A DNA stretch of 63,083 nucleotides, filler included, from Octopus bimaculoides (taxonomy: Eukaryota): assembly GCF_001194135.2 (NCBI RefSeq). It is 6 parts of 6 records of this genome, joined end to end, with 100 filler letters (N's around TTAATTAATTAA, not from the genome) between each part and the next. Parts side by side here need not be neighbours in the genome. Positions count along the whole stretch, not along the records: positions 4,277 to 28,824 come from NC_068992.1; 5 more parts are not named here. One strand, 5' to 3'. Below, piece by piece: positions 11,555-23,523 of the stretch. Numbering within the stretch: the first letter of the stretch is position 1; every line of letters starts with the position of its first letter. The notes under the pieces are model-generated. The model was not told where the DNA came from. It ran no database searches and saw nothing but the letters and a program-made list of their open reading frames with translations. The translations under genes were made by a program, and so were the position numbers.

Positions 11555-11806
11555 TTTCTTACCGAACAACCTCACAGATGATTCGTTTATAGTGATCAAA
11601 TGTTTGTGTACCCATAAGCTCACTCCTTCCATCAAATTGACATTACCTTACAGGTGCAATGGGTGTCACATGTCAGATGACAAACTAGTTGCAAAGCAGC
11701 ATGAAAGGAAGTGCTTTACTCAAGAGCACAATGCAACACCTGGTCTGAGAATTGAACCCACGGTCACACAATTGCGAGTGCAACACCTTAACTACTGAGC
11801 CATGTG
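11555..11806 (-). mobile_element. SINE family C (tRNA head, cttgagcaag core)
   Basis: Homologous to copies at 5628, 26640, 29345, 34635, 54425 and 61445. Confidence 0.75.
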
Positions 11807-11814
11807 CCTACATA

Positions 11815-12199
11815 AGGAGAATGGAAATTTGCACATCAATAATTTTATTTCTTTATTGCCCACAGGGGGCTAAACATAGAGGGGACAAACAAGGACAGAC
11901 AAAGGGATTAAGTCGATTACATCAATGCCAGTGCATAACTGGTATTTATGTAATTGACCCCAAAAGGATGAAAGGCAAAGTTGACCTTGGCAGAATTTGA
12001 ACTCAGAACGTAAAGACAGACGAAATACCCTTAAGCATTTCGCCTGGTGTGCTAACATTTCAGCCAGCTCGCTGCCTTTTTTTACAGCATATTGTCATGA
12101 CCTACACATGTTTCTACTGCAGTGACTGCACACTGCTGCAGGTGCAACCTTGCTGCATTGTCAGCAATAAATTACCGATGTGCAAATCTCCATTCTCCT
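11815..12199. mobile_element. TA-flanked TIR element with a nested family B SINE
   Basis: About 34-bp inverted repeats AGGAGAATGGA(A/G)ATTTGCACATC(AA/GG)TAATTT, TA on both sides; SINE at about 11850-12086. Confidence 0.6.
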
Positions 12200-12281
12200 T
12201 ATTATTAATGTTATTTTACACTCTATGGAACCTTTGCAGTCTTGAGTAGGACACACGTAATTACCTAACGAGAGAATTTAC

Positions 12282-12392
12282 CAATGTCTAACAACTTATT
12301 GTAAGCATGGGTATCAAATATGGACCGTTGTGTTAGCTGACATCCGGAACTGAACTGAGAGCAAACACGGTATCCACCTGGATAATATATCC
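12282..12392 (-). CDS. Candidate exon, (W)IYYPGGYRVCSQFSSGCQLTQRSIFDTHAYNKLLDI
   Basis: tttgcAG ... G|GTAAAT; only one frame open; phase 1 to 1; non-repetitive with CpG-containing codons. Confidence 0.55.
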
Positions 12393-12587
12393 CTGCAAAT
12401 TCAACTTATAAGTGGTTTATAGACCATTTGGGGTCTTCTTCTAGTTGACAAGCATTGTTATTTTCATTGCCCTTATTATAATTTTATAATTATACTTAAA
12501 TATATATATTTAAATAAAAAATTTTTTTTTTTATAGTTTCAGCTTAGAGCTGCGGCCATGCTGATGCACCACCGTGTTGCTACACTG

Positions 12588-12860
12588 TTATTACAGGGAG
12601 CCTCTTACAATATGTGGCACTTGGTGAAGAATGGAGTTTGATTTAGCAACCCTCATTTGCACCTCCTGCCGTGAGGTAGGTTCATCTGGGACTCTCGATA
12701 GGAAGAGGTCCAGCTTTGATTTAAAAACTCCTACATCTACTTTGTGCAGATTCCTCAGGCTCTTTGGGAGAATATTAAAAAGTTGTGGGCCCCTGAATCC
12801 CAAGCTGTTGCAGTAACTGGTCCTGAAGCGCGAAGGAGGTGTTTCTTTTCCACTGACCGA
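12588..12860 (-). mobile_element. CR1-group LINE 3' end
   Basis: CNSLGFRGPQLFNILPKSLRNLHKVDVGVFKSKLDLFLSRVPDEP fits the GPxLFNxLP..FK..LD.FL..VPD.P terminal motif. Confidence 0.75.
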
Positions 12861-15085
12861 AGTGAATGGAATTTTGGCCAGGAGGAACCAATGTCATCAG
12901 ACAGTATCCAATGATCATCAGATTTTGCAACCCTGAACCTTAACGCCCCTTTGGTGGGTCAGCAGAGGTGGCCAAATCACGTGCTGGGGCAACGCCTTGA
13001 AGAAATTTGAATTGAATGACTTGACCCCAGTATTTATTTTTTTCATTGTCTTTCACTCTCCATCTACAAAATCCACTCACACGGCTTTGGTGGAAAACAC
13101 TTGTCCAAGGTGTCACGCAGTGGAACTGAACCTGGAACCATGTGGTTGGGAAGCAAGCTTCTTACCACATAGTCACGCCTGCACCTTAGCAACAATTATC
13201 TTACCCAGCAGACTCATGCTAATCTGGTTCTTCAACCTATGAAACTCGGTCTCCCATCTGTAATACAGCGACATTTAGCACCTTAGAAGCAGGGCACTTA
13301 TTGAATACATAAAGCAAACACGCCTTAAATGCCAACAAATATTGCGTCTGTTACACACACACACAAGCATGCACATACACACGCACGCACGCACACACAC
13401 ACACACACACACAGATTACAAACAATGTGAGTCAATCTTCTATTATTTCCCTTAAAAATCAACAAATCGGAATTTAATTATAATTTCTTTATTGACTAAA
13501 TCATTGAGAAGATGTGAAAAGTTCTTTTTGTTATTGGTAATATATATATGTAAATATATATACACACACACACATATATATACATACGTANNNNNNNNNN
13601 NNNNNNNNNNNNNNNNNNNNNNNNNNNNNNNNNNNNNNNNNNNNNNNNNNNNNNNNNNNNNNNNNNNNNNNNNNNNNNNNNNNNNNNNNNNNNNNNNNNN
13701 NNNNNNNNNNNNNNNNNNNNNNNNNNNNNNNNNNNNNNNNNNNNNNNNNNNNNNNNNNNNNNNNNNNNNNNNNNNNNNNNNNNNNNNNNNNNNNNNNNNN
13801 NNNNNNNNNNNNNNNNNNNNNNNNNNNNNNNNNNNNNNNNNNNNNNNNNNNNNNNNNNNNNNNNNNNNNNNNNNNNNNNNNNNNNNNNNNNNNNNNNNNN
13901 NNNNNNNNNNNNNNNNNNNNNNNNNNNNNNNNNNNNNNNNNNNNNNNNNNNNNNNNNNNNNNNNNNNNNNNNNNNNNNNNNNNNNNNNNNNNNNNNNNNN
14001 NNNNNNNNNNNNNNNNNNNNNNNNNNNNNNNNNNNNNNNNNNNNNNNNNNNNNNNNNNNNNNNNNNNNNNNNNNNNNNNNNNNNNNNNNNNNNNNNNNNN
14101 NNNNNNNNNNNNNNNNNNNNNNNNNNNNNNNNNNNNNNNNNNNNNNNNNNNNNNNNNNNNNNNNNNNNNNNNNNNNNNNNNNNNNNNNNNNNNNNNNNNN
14201 NNNNNNNNNNNNNNNNNNNNNNNNNNNNNNNNNNNNNNNNNNNNNNNNNNNNNNNNNNNNNNNNNNNNNNNNNNNNNNNNNNNNNNNNNNNNNNNNNNNN
14301 NNNNNNNNNNNNNNNNNNNNNNNNNNNNNNNNNNAAAAAAAAAAAAAATAAATAAATAAAAGCAACATTTGGTCGATATTATTTATTGTTATGTAATTAT
14401 GTTTTAAATATCATATTCCAGACAGAAGAGCGATGGGGAGTAAGATGTTGTGATGTTCATACATTTTTGTCGAGCGTTATAAAGTTTAACCAAAGAGAAA
14501 TGATAGCGATAGGAAGTGAATGTAAAACATGCTGAGAAGTGATTTAAACTCTTATAATTGAAAAAAAAATTGCTAATGATTTATCAAGCAAACAAATATT
14601 AGATACTTTTTAAACAAGGACATACGTATTAAAACAAGAAATATGCAGTGATACACACATGCACGTGCGCACGCATGCACACACACACACTCACACATAT
14701 TTGTTTATCATTCTTTAACATGAATTGTATTAGCAATGACTTCAAAGTTTCGGCCAACTAAGCTATCAGCAGAACTTCAAAGTCACTGTTTGGTACTATT
14801 CCTGTTAAAGAATAATAATATTTATACTCTACCAAATGTATTGAGTAATCCTTCAATTTAAAGTAAAATTGTTTTTATTATAACATAAAAACAAACATTT
14901 ATATATATATATATATATATATACATATATCAATATATATATATATATATACATATATACATTTCTCAATATAATATATATATTCCAAACAACTACAAAG
15001 AATATGGAGAATGGTGCATCTTCAAACATTTCTTTTAATTTAACAGTTGGTCATGGAGTATAGTTAGTTGGTTAAAATGACTGAC

Positions 15086-15232
15086 ACATATTTCTGATGC
15101 ACAGAGTAAGTGCAGCTGCATATGCAACCCAGCATATTCTATTGTGCACCTTCATCCAGGGTCTTTCTACAAGCGTGCTCAAAGCAAATTCACACTCCCG
15201 ATGATATTTATCATCCATATTATCTTCATTAC
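15086..15232 (-). CDS. Candidate exon, (G)NEDNMDDKYHRECEFALSTLVERPWMKVHNRICWVAYAAALTLCIRNM
   Basis: 147-nt GC-raised island in very AT-rich flanks; single open frame; AG acceptor; donor GTCAGT chosen to keep phase. Confidence 0.55.
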
Positions 15233-16368
15233 CTATAGTAACACTAGGTGTTTTACTATATACTAGAAGTAAAAAAAAAATAATCTGAAGTTGTACACAG
15301 AAACGATCTCTAGAATCTGATTGGAAACAGATTTTTCACAAAAGTTTTGGAATGAAAAAAAGTTCTGCTAAAATTGAGTATGAATCTTTGTATATTATAA
15401 TAACTATCAAAGATATTCTATTCCAATTACTTACACACACAAAATGAATTAATGAAGTAATGTCTAAATTATGTTCTAAATTATGTCTAAATTATGCATG
15501 ATGCACTGTACAATATATATGGGCAATGTTTGAAATATATGCTATGTATGTGTATTGCAAATATGCATAATTTAGTTAATGAAAATTGTCATATATTTCA
15601 TACAGAAACTCAGGTATATTAACCATAGGAAATATATGCAGTGAACATATATTGAATAAAATTTGTATATTGTAAATTATGTATACTTAACTTTAACAAT
15701 TTTATACAAAAGACATATCATTGATTATTAACAAAATAGACCATTTTGATAAATAAACTTTAATTGGAATCTTGCCTGACAATATATGATGTGTCGTAAC
15801 AAATGATATCATATAAATGTAATGTATGTTATGTCAATACATTTATTAATATGTCATGGTTTATTTCTTTTAAAGGCTGTAATTTTTGACAACATGGGTA
15901 TACTAGTTTATATTTATTTCATGACTGGAAAGCATATAACTAGTATGTGTTAAACATGGTTTAAACATTATCTACTATAGAACTTAATACTTAGGGTAGT
16001 GTAGAAAGATAGATTTATCTTGTTAAAAAGTGGTAGTTTATTCATTTTGCAGCTAATGGTGACTATAATCAGCCATGAAGTCAAATTTGAGAACACTGTT
16101 GTGTTTTATGTCAATAAACATGAAGGTGCAAGTGTGACTGTGTAATAAGAAATTTGTTTCCCAACCACATGGTTCCAGGTAGCACCAGTGTGTGGAACAT
16201 TGGACAAGTGTCTTCTACTATAGCCTTGGGCTGGCTAAAGCCATGTGAGTGGATTTGGCTGATGGAAACTGAAAGCAGCCCATCATGTGTGTGTGTATGT
16301 GTGTGTGTGTATGTGTGTATCCATCACCACTTAACAGGCTATAGTAGAAGACACTTACCCATGGTGCC

Positions 16369-16411
<43 letters not shown>

Positions 16412-16573
16412 TATACATACAAAATATGGGGGTTTAGTTCACAGGTGATCTAAATGATTAGGTATGCTAGGTAAGTGCTGTTACAGACTCTCTTTCTTCA
16501 TCTCTTTATTCCTTTACTCCTGTCCTCTATGTTGTCATTTCATTAGTCTATACCCTTCTCATTTGCCCTATTT

Positions 16574-16697
16574 GTCTCTGATTATGGAATATCCCATACT
16601 CTGGTATATCCCATACTCTGGTATATCCCATACTCTGGTATATCCCATACTCTGGTATATCCCATACTCTGGTATATCCCAGAAACAGCTGTAAGAC
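16574..16697 (+). ncRNA. Degenerate hammerhead motif with a minisatellite in stem II
   Basis: GUCU-CUGAUUA-...-GAAAC-AGCU-GUA-AGAC; G8 is mutated to U; shares GAAACAGCTGTAAGA with the 3279-3407 motif. Confidence 0.55.
16589..16680. repeat. Perfect 17-bp minisatellite ATATCCCATACTCTGGT x5.4
   Basis: Units start at 16589, 16606, 16623, 16640, 16657 and 16674; no spacers. Confidence 0.97.
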
Positions 16698-17496
16698 TTT
16701 GAACTGTTTCCAATCATAATAATAATGTAAATTACTTGAGATGTTTGCCTAGCCTCAACATTTGTTGTCCTCTTTAACAANNNNNNNNNNNNNNNNNNNN
16801 NNNNNNNNNNNNNNNNNNNNNNNNNNNNNNNNNNNNNNNNNNNNNNNNNNNNNNNNNNNNNNNNNNNNNNNNNNNNNNNNNNNNNNNNNNNNNNNNNNNN
16901 NNNNNNNNNNNNNNNNNNNNNNNNNNNNNNNNNNNNNNNNNNNNNNNNNNNNNNNNNNNNNNNNNNNNNNNNNNNNNNNNNNNNNNNNNNNNNNNNNNNN
17001 NNNNNNNNNNNNNNNNNNNNNNNNNNNNNNNNNNNNNNNNNNNNNNNNNNNNNNNNNNNNNNNNNNNNNNNNNNNNNNNNNNNNNNNNNNNNNNNNNNNN
17101 NNNNNNNNNNNNNNNNNNNNNNNNNNNNNNNNNNNNNNNNNNNNNNNNNNNNNNNNNNNNNNNNNNNNNNNNNNNNNNNNNNNNNNNNNNNNNNNNNNNN
17201 NNNNNNNNNNNNNNNNNNNNNNNNNNNNNNNNNNNNNNNNNNNNNNNNNNNNNNNNNNNNNNNNNNNNNNNNNNNNNNNNNNNNNNNNNNNNNNNNNNNN
17301 NNNNNNNNNNNNNNNNNNNNNNNNNNNNNNNNNNNNNNNNNNNNNNNNNNNNNNNNNNNNNNNNNNNNNNNNNNNNNNNNNNNNNNNNNNNNNNNNNNNN
17401 NNNNNNNNNNNNNNNNNNNGATGATGATGACGATGATGATGGTGTTTTCATAGCTATCCCACATTCGAAATTTACTTTATTTTCTGTAATATATAT

Positions 17497-17533
<37 letters not shown>

Positions 17534-17943
17534 CATACACACATGCATGCCCAAACATACACACTTACACACACACACATACACACTCACACACACACAC
17601 ATGCACACATGCATACACACACATGTGTATGTATGTATGTATGTATGTATGGAATGCCAAAATACAGGTATTGTAAGCATCTGAGTCTGGCATCCCATTT
17701 ACAATTTCTGGCGATAATAAATATTTCACTTACTCAGCTAATAATCCCATTGGTAAAAGCATGAATGTCACAGCTTCTCATTCCTTGGAAAATTATTTTC
17801 AGAGCTGCTCCTCTGTCAATGAATGTGACTAATGGCCAAAGGCCAACCATTTCACTCTTTCTATTGGAATGGCACTTTAAGTGTACAAAAGAAGCTGTTT
17901 TCATTATTATCGTCATTATTGCTACCAGAACAATTGTGTGTGG

Positions 17944-17944
<1 letters not shown>

Positions 17945-18035
<91 letters not shown>
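17945..18035. repeat. (GT)n microsatellite
   Basis: About 45 uninterrupted GT units. Confidence 0.97.
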
Positions 18036-18038
<3 letters not shown>

Positions 18039-19070
18039 TGAATGCAAAAAATTGTTTCTATATATTTATATAGGAATGTATTCCATTAAGCCATCTAGCT
18101 TTCCCATTCACTACGGGAGGACAAATATGTGTGTGTGTGTGTGTGTGTGTATAGATTGATGAATGTGTGTGTGTTTGTGTTTGTATAAATATATATATAC
18201 ACACACATATATATATATCATATACATGTATACATACACACACACATATATATATGTGTGTGTGTGCACGTGTGTATGTACGTATGTATGTATATATATA
18301 TATATGTATATGTATATATGTGTGTGTGTGTACGTATGTATGTATATATAAAATATATATGTGTGTGTGTGTGTGTAGCGGACGTTAAACGATGATGATG
18401 ATATATATATATATNNNNNNNNNNNNNNNNNNNNNNNNNNNNNNNNNNNNNNNNNNNNNNNNNNNNNNNNNNNNNNNNNNNNNNNNNNNNNNNNNNNNNN
18501 NNNNNNNNNNNNNNNNNNNNNNNNNNNNNNNNNNNNNNNNNNNNNNNNNNNNNNNNNNNNNNNNNNNNNNNNNNNNNNNNNNNNNNNNNNNNNNNNNNNN
18601 NNNNNNNNNNNNNNNNNNNNNNNNNNNNNNNNNNNNNNNNNNNNNNNNNNNNNNNNNNNNNNNNNNNNNNNNNNNNNNNNNNNNNNNNNNNNNNNNNNNN
18701 NNNNNNNNNNNNNNNNNNNNNNNNNNNNNNNNNNNNNNNNNNNNNNNNNNNNNNNNNNNNNNNNNNNNNNNNNNNNNNNNNNNNNNNNNNNNNNNNNNNN
18801 NNNNNNNNNNNNNNNNNNNNNNNNNNNNNNNNNNNNNNNNNNNNNNNNNNNNNNNNNNNNNNNNNNNNNNNNNNNNNNNNNNNNNNNNNNNNNNNNNNNN
18901 NNNNNNNNNNNNNNNNNNNNNNNNNNNNNNNNNNNNNNNNNNNNNNNNNNNNNNNNNNNNNNNNNNNNNNNNNNNNNNNNNNNNNNNNNNNNNNNNNNNN
19001 NNNNNNNNNNNNNNNNNNNNNNNNNNNNNNNNNNNNNNNNNNNNNNNNNNNNNNNNNNNNNNNNNNNNNN

Positions 19071-19112
<42 letters not shown>

Positions 19113-19145
19113 CATATATATATGAATACATATACATATATATAA

Positions 19146-19305
19146 GAGTGGTTGGCGTTAGGAAGGGCATCCAGCTGTAGAAACTCTGCCAAATCAGACT
19201 GGAGCCTGGTGTTGCCATCCGGTTTCACCAGTCCTCAGTCAAATCGTCCAACCCATGCTAGCATGGAAAGCGGACGTTAAACGATGATGATGATGATGAT
19301 GATGA
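19146..19305 (+). mobile_element. SINE family E, 3' part with (GAT)n tail
   Basis: gagtggttggcgttaggaagggcatccagc...cggacgttaaac(gat)n, identical to 29020-29171. Confidence 0.85.
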
Positions 19306-19338
19306 TATATATATATATATAAATGCACACACACACAC

Positions 19339-19373
<35 letters not shown>

Positions 19374-20265
19374 CACACACACATATATATGTATACATGT
19401 GTGTGTTTAAATGTACATGCATGTATATCTATGTATATATATATATATGTACATAATGTGCATACATGTACATGAGTGTGTACATAAATACACTTATACA
19501 TACATATGTATATATATATGTATACATGCACACACACACATATATAGATACATGCATTACACACATACATACAGATATGTTAGGTTTTGTAATTATTAAA
19601 CCTTCACTGGTTGTGTTTTGGTGTGCATTGGAGCACTCCTTCACTGTCCATCTGTTGATTGCTCTCAGCCAATATTAAAACATATGAAGCTTGAGTAATG
19701 AAACACTGAAATCTGTAAATACCAATATATTAATATATAAGATGTGTGTCTCCAGATATATTATACATATCAATGTATATTAATATGATGCATAATAATT
19801 ACATTTATTGATCGAATATATACACATATTAGATACATACACACGCACACACACACACACACACACTCCCACAAATACATACATATATCCATAAATTTAT
19901 ATATATTATTATTGATCATACATATATATATACACACACATATATATGTATATATATATATATATNNNNNNNNNNNNNNNNNNNNNNNNNNNNNNNNNNN
20001 NNNNNNNNNNNNNNNNNNNNNNNNNNNNNNNNNNNNNNNNNNNNNNNNNNNNNNNNNNNNNNNNNNNNNNNNNNNNNNNNNNNNNNNNNNNNNNNNNNNN
20101 NNNNNNNNNNNNNNNNNNNNNNNNNNNNNNNNNNNNNNNNNNNNNNNNNNNNNNNNNNNNNNNNNNNNNNNNNNNNNNNNNNNNNNNNNNNNNNNNNNNN
20201 NNNNNNNNNNNNNNNATATTCATATATATGTGTGTGTGAATGTGTGTGTGTATATGTATGTATGC

Positions 20266-20302
<37 letters not shown>

Positions 20303-20545
20303 CACACCCACACATATATATATATACTTATATGCATATATAAATACATAGATATTTATATATATATGTATGCTTGCATGTATATATATGTGTGTTTGTG
20401 GGGGGGTGGGGGTGAATGTATGTAAGTATGTCTATGTATAATTTATAATGTATGTTCTCTATTATTCTCTTTAATAATGTTTACACCAGATAGTTTGAGA
20501 TAACTACTACGTATCTCCCAATCTCTCTTTTAGGCTGAGATTTAC

Positions 20546-20639
20546 CAACTCTCCATTTAATTAAGTCTTGTATATAGGCATTAAAAGGTGCTGATTCAGG
20601 CAAATGATTAAAACTCCATACAATTACCAGTAAAAGAGA
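20546..20639 (-). CDS. Candidate exon, SLLLVIVWSFNHLPESAPFNAYIQDLIKWRV(G)
   Basis: attttcAG ... G|GTAAAT; single open frame; phase 0 to 1. Confidence 0.5.
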
Positions 20640-21892
20640 CTGAAAATCTACATACATACATATAACATCATCATCATCATTATTTTAACATCCACTTTTC
20701 CATGCTGGCATGGGTCAGATGGACTTTATGGTGGCAGATTTTCTATGGCTGCATGCTCTTCCTGTCATCAATCCTCACCAGTTTGCAAGCTGGTTAATAT
20801 TTCTCGATGGCTAGACACGTTTTGCAGAATACTTGAAAATGAACCATGTATGGGCAACTAATTCTCTTTCATAAAAAGAAAACAGAAATTGTGAAGGCCT
20901 TCAATATATATATATAAATATGCACACACACATCTGTCTATCTATCTATTTACATAAGTAAATCTGCTCACAAGATAGTAGGCCTGGGGTTATAGTAGAA
21001 GACATTTGCCAAAGGAATAGTGCAGTGGAACTGAACCTAAAATCACATAGTTTTAAAAGCAAACTTCTTAACCACATAGCCATGCCAACACCTATATAAT
21101 AATGCTGTTGCCATGGAGAAAATAAAGTAACCTTTTATTTACTGAAAAAATTTGAAGATTTTGTTTAGTTGTTAATTTTTCTTTTTATTCTAACGACTGT
21201 GGCTTTGCTGACACGGTAGTAAACGTCCTTCAAACAATTACGAGCTAATTGTAAACCGGTTTTATTTGTTTGTTTTATTTGCATGTAGATATAAACATGT
21301 TACTACTTTAATCAGAAGGAAAAATAGGGTCCATGACCTTTTTACAGGGCCTCCNNNNNNNNNNNNNNNNNNNNNNNNNNNNNNNNNNNNNNNNNNNNNN
21401 NNNNNNNNNNNNNNNNNNNNNNNNAAATGAAAAACATGTTCTGAATGTTTGCATAAGAAAGGATTCAGTTAAAGGCATCAAAGAGCTGGGTGGCAGTTTT
21501 AAACTCAGTGATGGTTTAAGCGTGCCACTCAAGAAGGCCACAATGAAATTTGAACTCATAACACAATGATATGGAACAAATACTGCAAGACATCCTATCC
21601 ATCACTCAAACAATTCAACTGGTCAACCACCCAAAACTGGTATTTCATTAATTGACCATAGAAGGATAAAAAGGATAAAATAGGTTTTGACAGAATTTGA
21701 ACACAGAACACAAAATACTGGAACAAATATCACATGGCCCTTCATTCAGTGCTCTGCTGACTCACCACCAGCAATAACAGCTGTGAAAGGGTCAAAGGTA
21801 AAGTCATCCTTAGCTAGGATTTGAACTCAGAATGTAGAGAGGCAGGACCGAATACTATCAGACATTTAATCCGACACCCTACCATTTCTGTC

Positions 21893-22562
21893 TGTTAATA
21901 ATGATTTCAAATTTGAGCACAAGGCTAGCAATTTCGGTGGAGGAGGAATCTGATTTAATTGACCCTAATGTTTAACTGGTACTTGCTTTATTGACCCCTG
22001 AAAGAATGAAAGGCAAAGCTGACTTCAGCAGAATTTGAACTCAGAACGTAAATACCAATGAAATGCTGCTAAGCATTTTGCCCAGAGTGTTAATGATTCT
22101 GCTAGCTCGCTACCTTTTTCTGCTAATCAATATCACTATCCAACAAGATATCATGCTGGCAGAATTGCTAACACACCTGGGCAAAATGCTCAATGATATT
22201 TCACCTGTCTTTATTTTCTGAGTTCAAATTCCACTGGGGTTGACATTGCCTTTCATCGTTTTGGGGTTGATAAAATAAGTACCAGCTGAATACTGGGGTT
22301 GATGTAATCAACTTATCTCTTCCTCTGAAATTGCTGGCCTTGTGCCAAAATTTGAAATCAGTATACTGGGAAAAAAGTGCTTAGTAGCATTTTGTCTGTC
22401 TTTACGTCCTGAGTTCAAATTCCATCAAAGTCAACTTTGCCTTTCATCTTTCTGGGGTCAGTAAAATAAGCACCGGTAAAATACTGGGATTGATGCAATT
22501 GACCTAACTACACCACCAAAAAAAAAAAAAAAATTGCTGGCTTTATACCAAAATTTCAAACC
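21893..22562. mobile_element. Cluster of family B SINEs (21893-22114 minus; 22156-22360 and 22375-22562 plus)
   Basis: Shared gagttcaaatt..cctttcatc..taagtaccag..ggccttgtgcc core; boundaries approximate. Confidence 0.8.
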
Positions 22563-22785
22563 AATACAAATATTTACTTGCTGTGACCTCAGTTATTTCT
22601 ACAAACAATTATTCTGTTTAGGAAAAGACTCTGAGCACTTCCTGTTCTCCTACAAATAAGTAGATCTAAAATTAAACCTCCACCCCCAGCTTTGACTTAA
22701 TCAAAAAAGGAATTGTCTCCCCTATGACAGCTAACCATCAGGGCTGAATTATACATATATACTAAGTAGTGTTCACATAATTTAA

Positions 22786-23273
22786 ACCTTTAGCATTTGT
22801 ATCACTCTGTTAAATGTATTGCTTATTTGTTCACATGGTGAATTAATCATGTATTATCTTATAACTTTGAGGGCGAGCTCACAAAATCATTAGCATGTCA
22901 GGCAAAAGACTAAGCGGCATTTCATCTATCTTCTCCCACTGGGTTCAACTTCCACCATGGTCGATGCTGCTTTTCATCTTTTAATAAATTCTGCCAAGAT
23001 CAACGTTGCTTTTCATCTCTTCAGGGTTGATAAATTAAGTACCAGTTGTGTACTGGGGTTGATCTAATCGACTGGCCCCCTCCCCGCCAAAAATTTTCGG
23101 GCTTTGTGCCTAGAGTAGAAAAGATTATCTTATAACTTTGAGATTTCAATGATGTGATTGTTTACTTTTAGAATGACATTGTAGGGTAAGTGTGAGAAGC
23201 TGGATCTGACTGGTTTGAATATGAAACAGATAGGATATTTTGATTGGCTATATCCAGTTTAGATGCTAAAGGG
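22786..23273 (+). mobile_element. piggyBac-like MITE containing a family B SINE (22872-23123)
   Basis: TTAA on both sides, TIR (A/C)CCTTTAGCAT; SINE flanked by perfect 19-bp TSD attatcttataactttgag. Confidence 0.85.
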
Positions 23274-23505
23274 TTAATTATAATATTAGTTGCAGATACG
23301 AGCCTGTCTCAAGAAAAAGGAGAATAATCGGAAACATTTCTGCAGCATAATTTTGTTAGAAATTCTTTGGTGGTGGTTGAATGGCAGAAATGAATTTAAT
23401 TTTGTGGTATTTTAATTATTCTACATTACATTATGGACCTATATCATGTTGGTTGGGTGGTGATAAAATAAGTTTGAATATTGGGGGACTGATAATCATC
23501 CATAC

Positions 23506-23523
23506 AGATTCTTGGTTCTGTCT
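23506..23523 (-). CDS. Candidate 18-nt microexon, RQNQES
   Basis: ttatttctcacattAG / GTATGG; frame-neutral. Confidence 0.3.

Noticed and set aside
14421-14438. Plus-strand 18-nt AG..GTAAGA microexon candidate
   Set aside because: No partner exons on that strand; it shows the chance rate of such signals.
16589-16680. Regular repeat as a possible CRISPR array
   Set aside because: Head-to-tail units with no unique spacers, eukaryotic context, no cas genes.
17734-17880. Minus-strand segment ending TGA|GTAAGT as a selenocysteine exon
   Set aside because: No selenoprotein likeness, no SECIS seen, and it does not fit the exon chain.
10108-20425. Many long ORFs rich in Y/I/C/V/H/T or X (also 28.6-29.9 kb, 48.4-49.8 kb, 52-54.9 kb, 58 kb, 61-62.8 kb)
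   Set aside because: Translations of dinucleotide microsatellites and N gaps.
21308-21569. ORFs spanning the 70-N gap
   Set aside because: The 3' part runs into a decayed SINE and the frame across the gap is unknowable.
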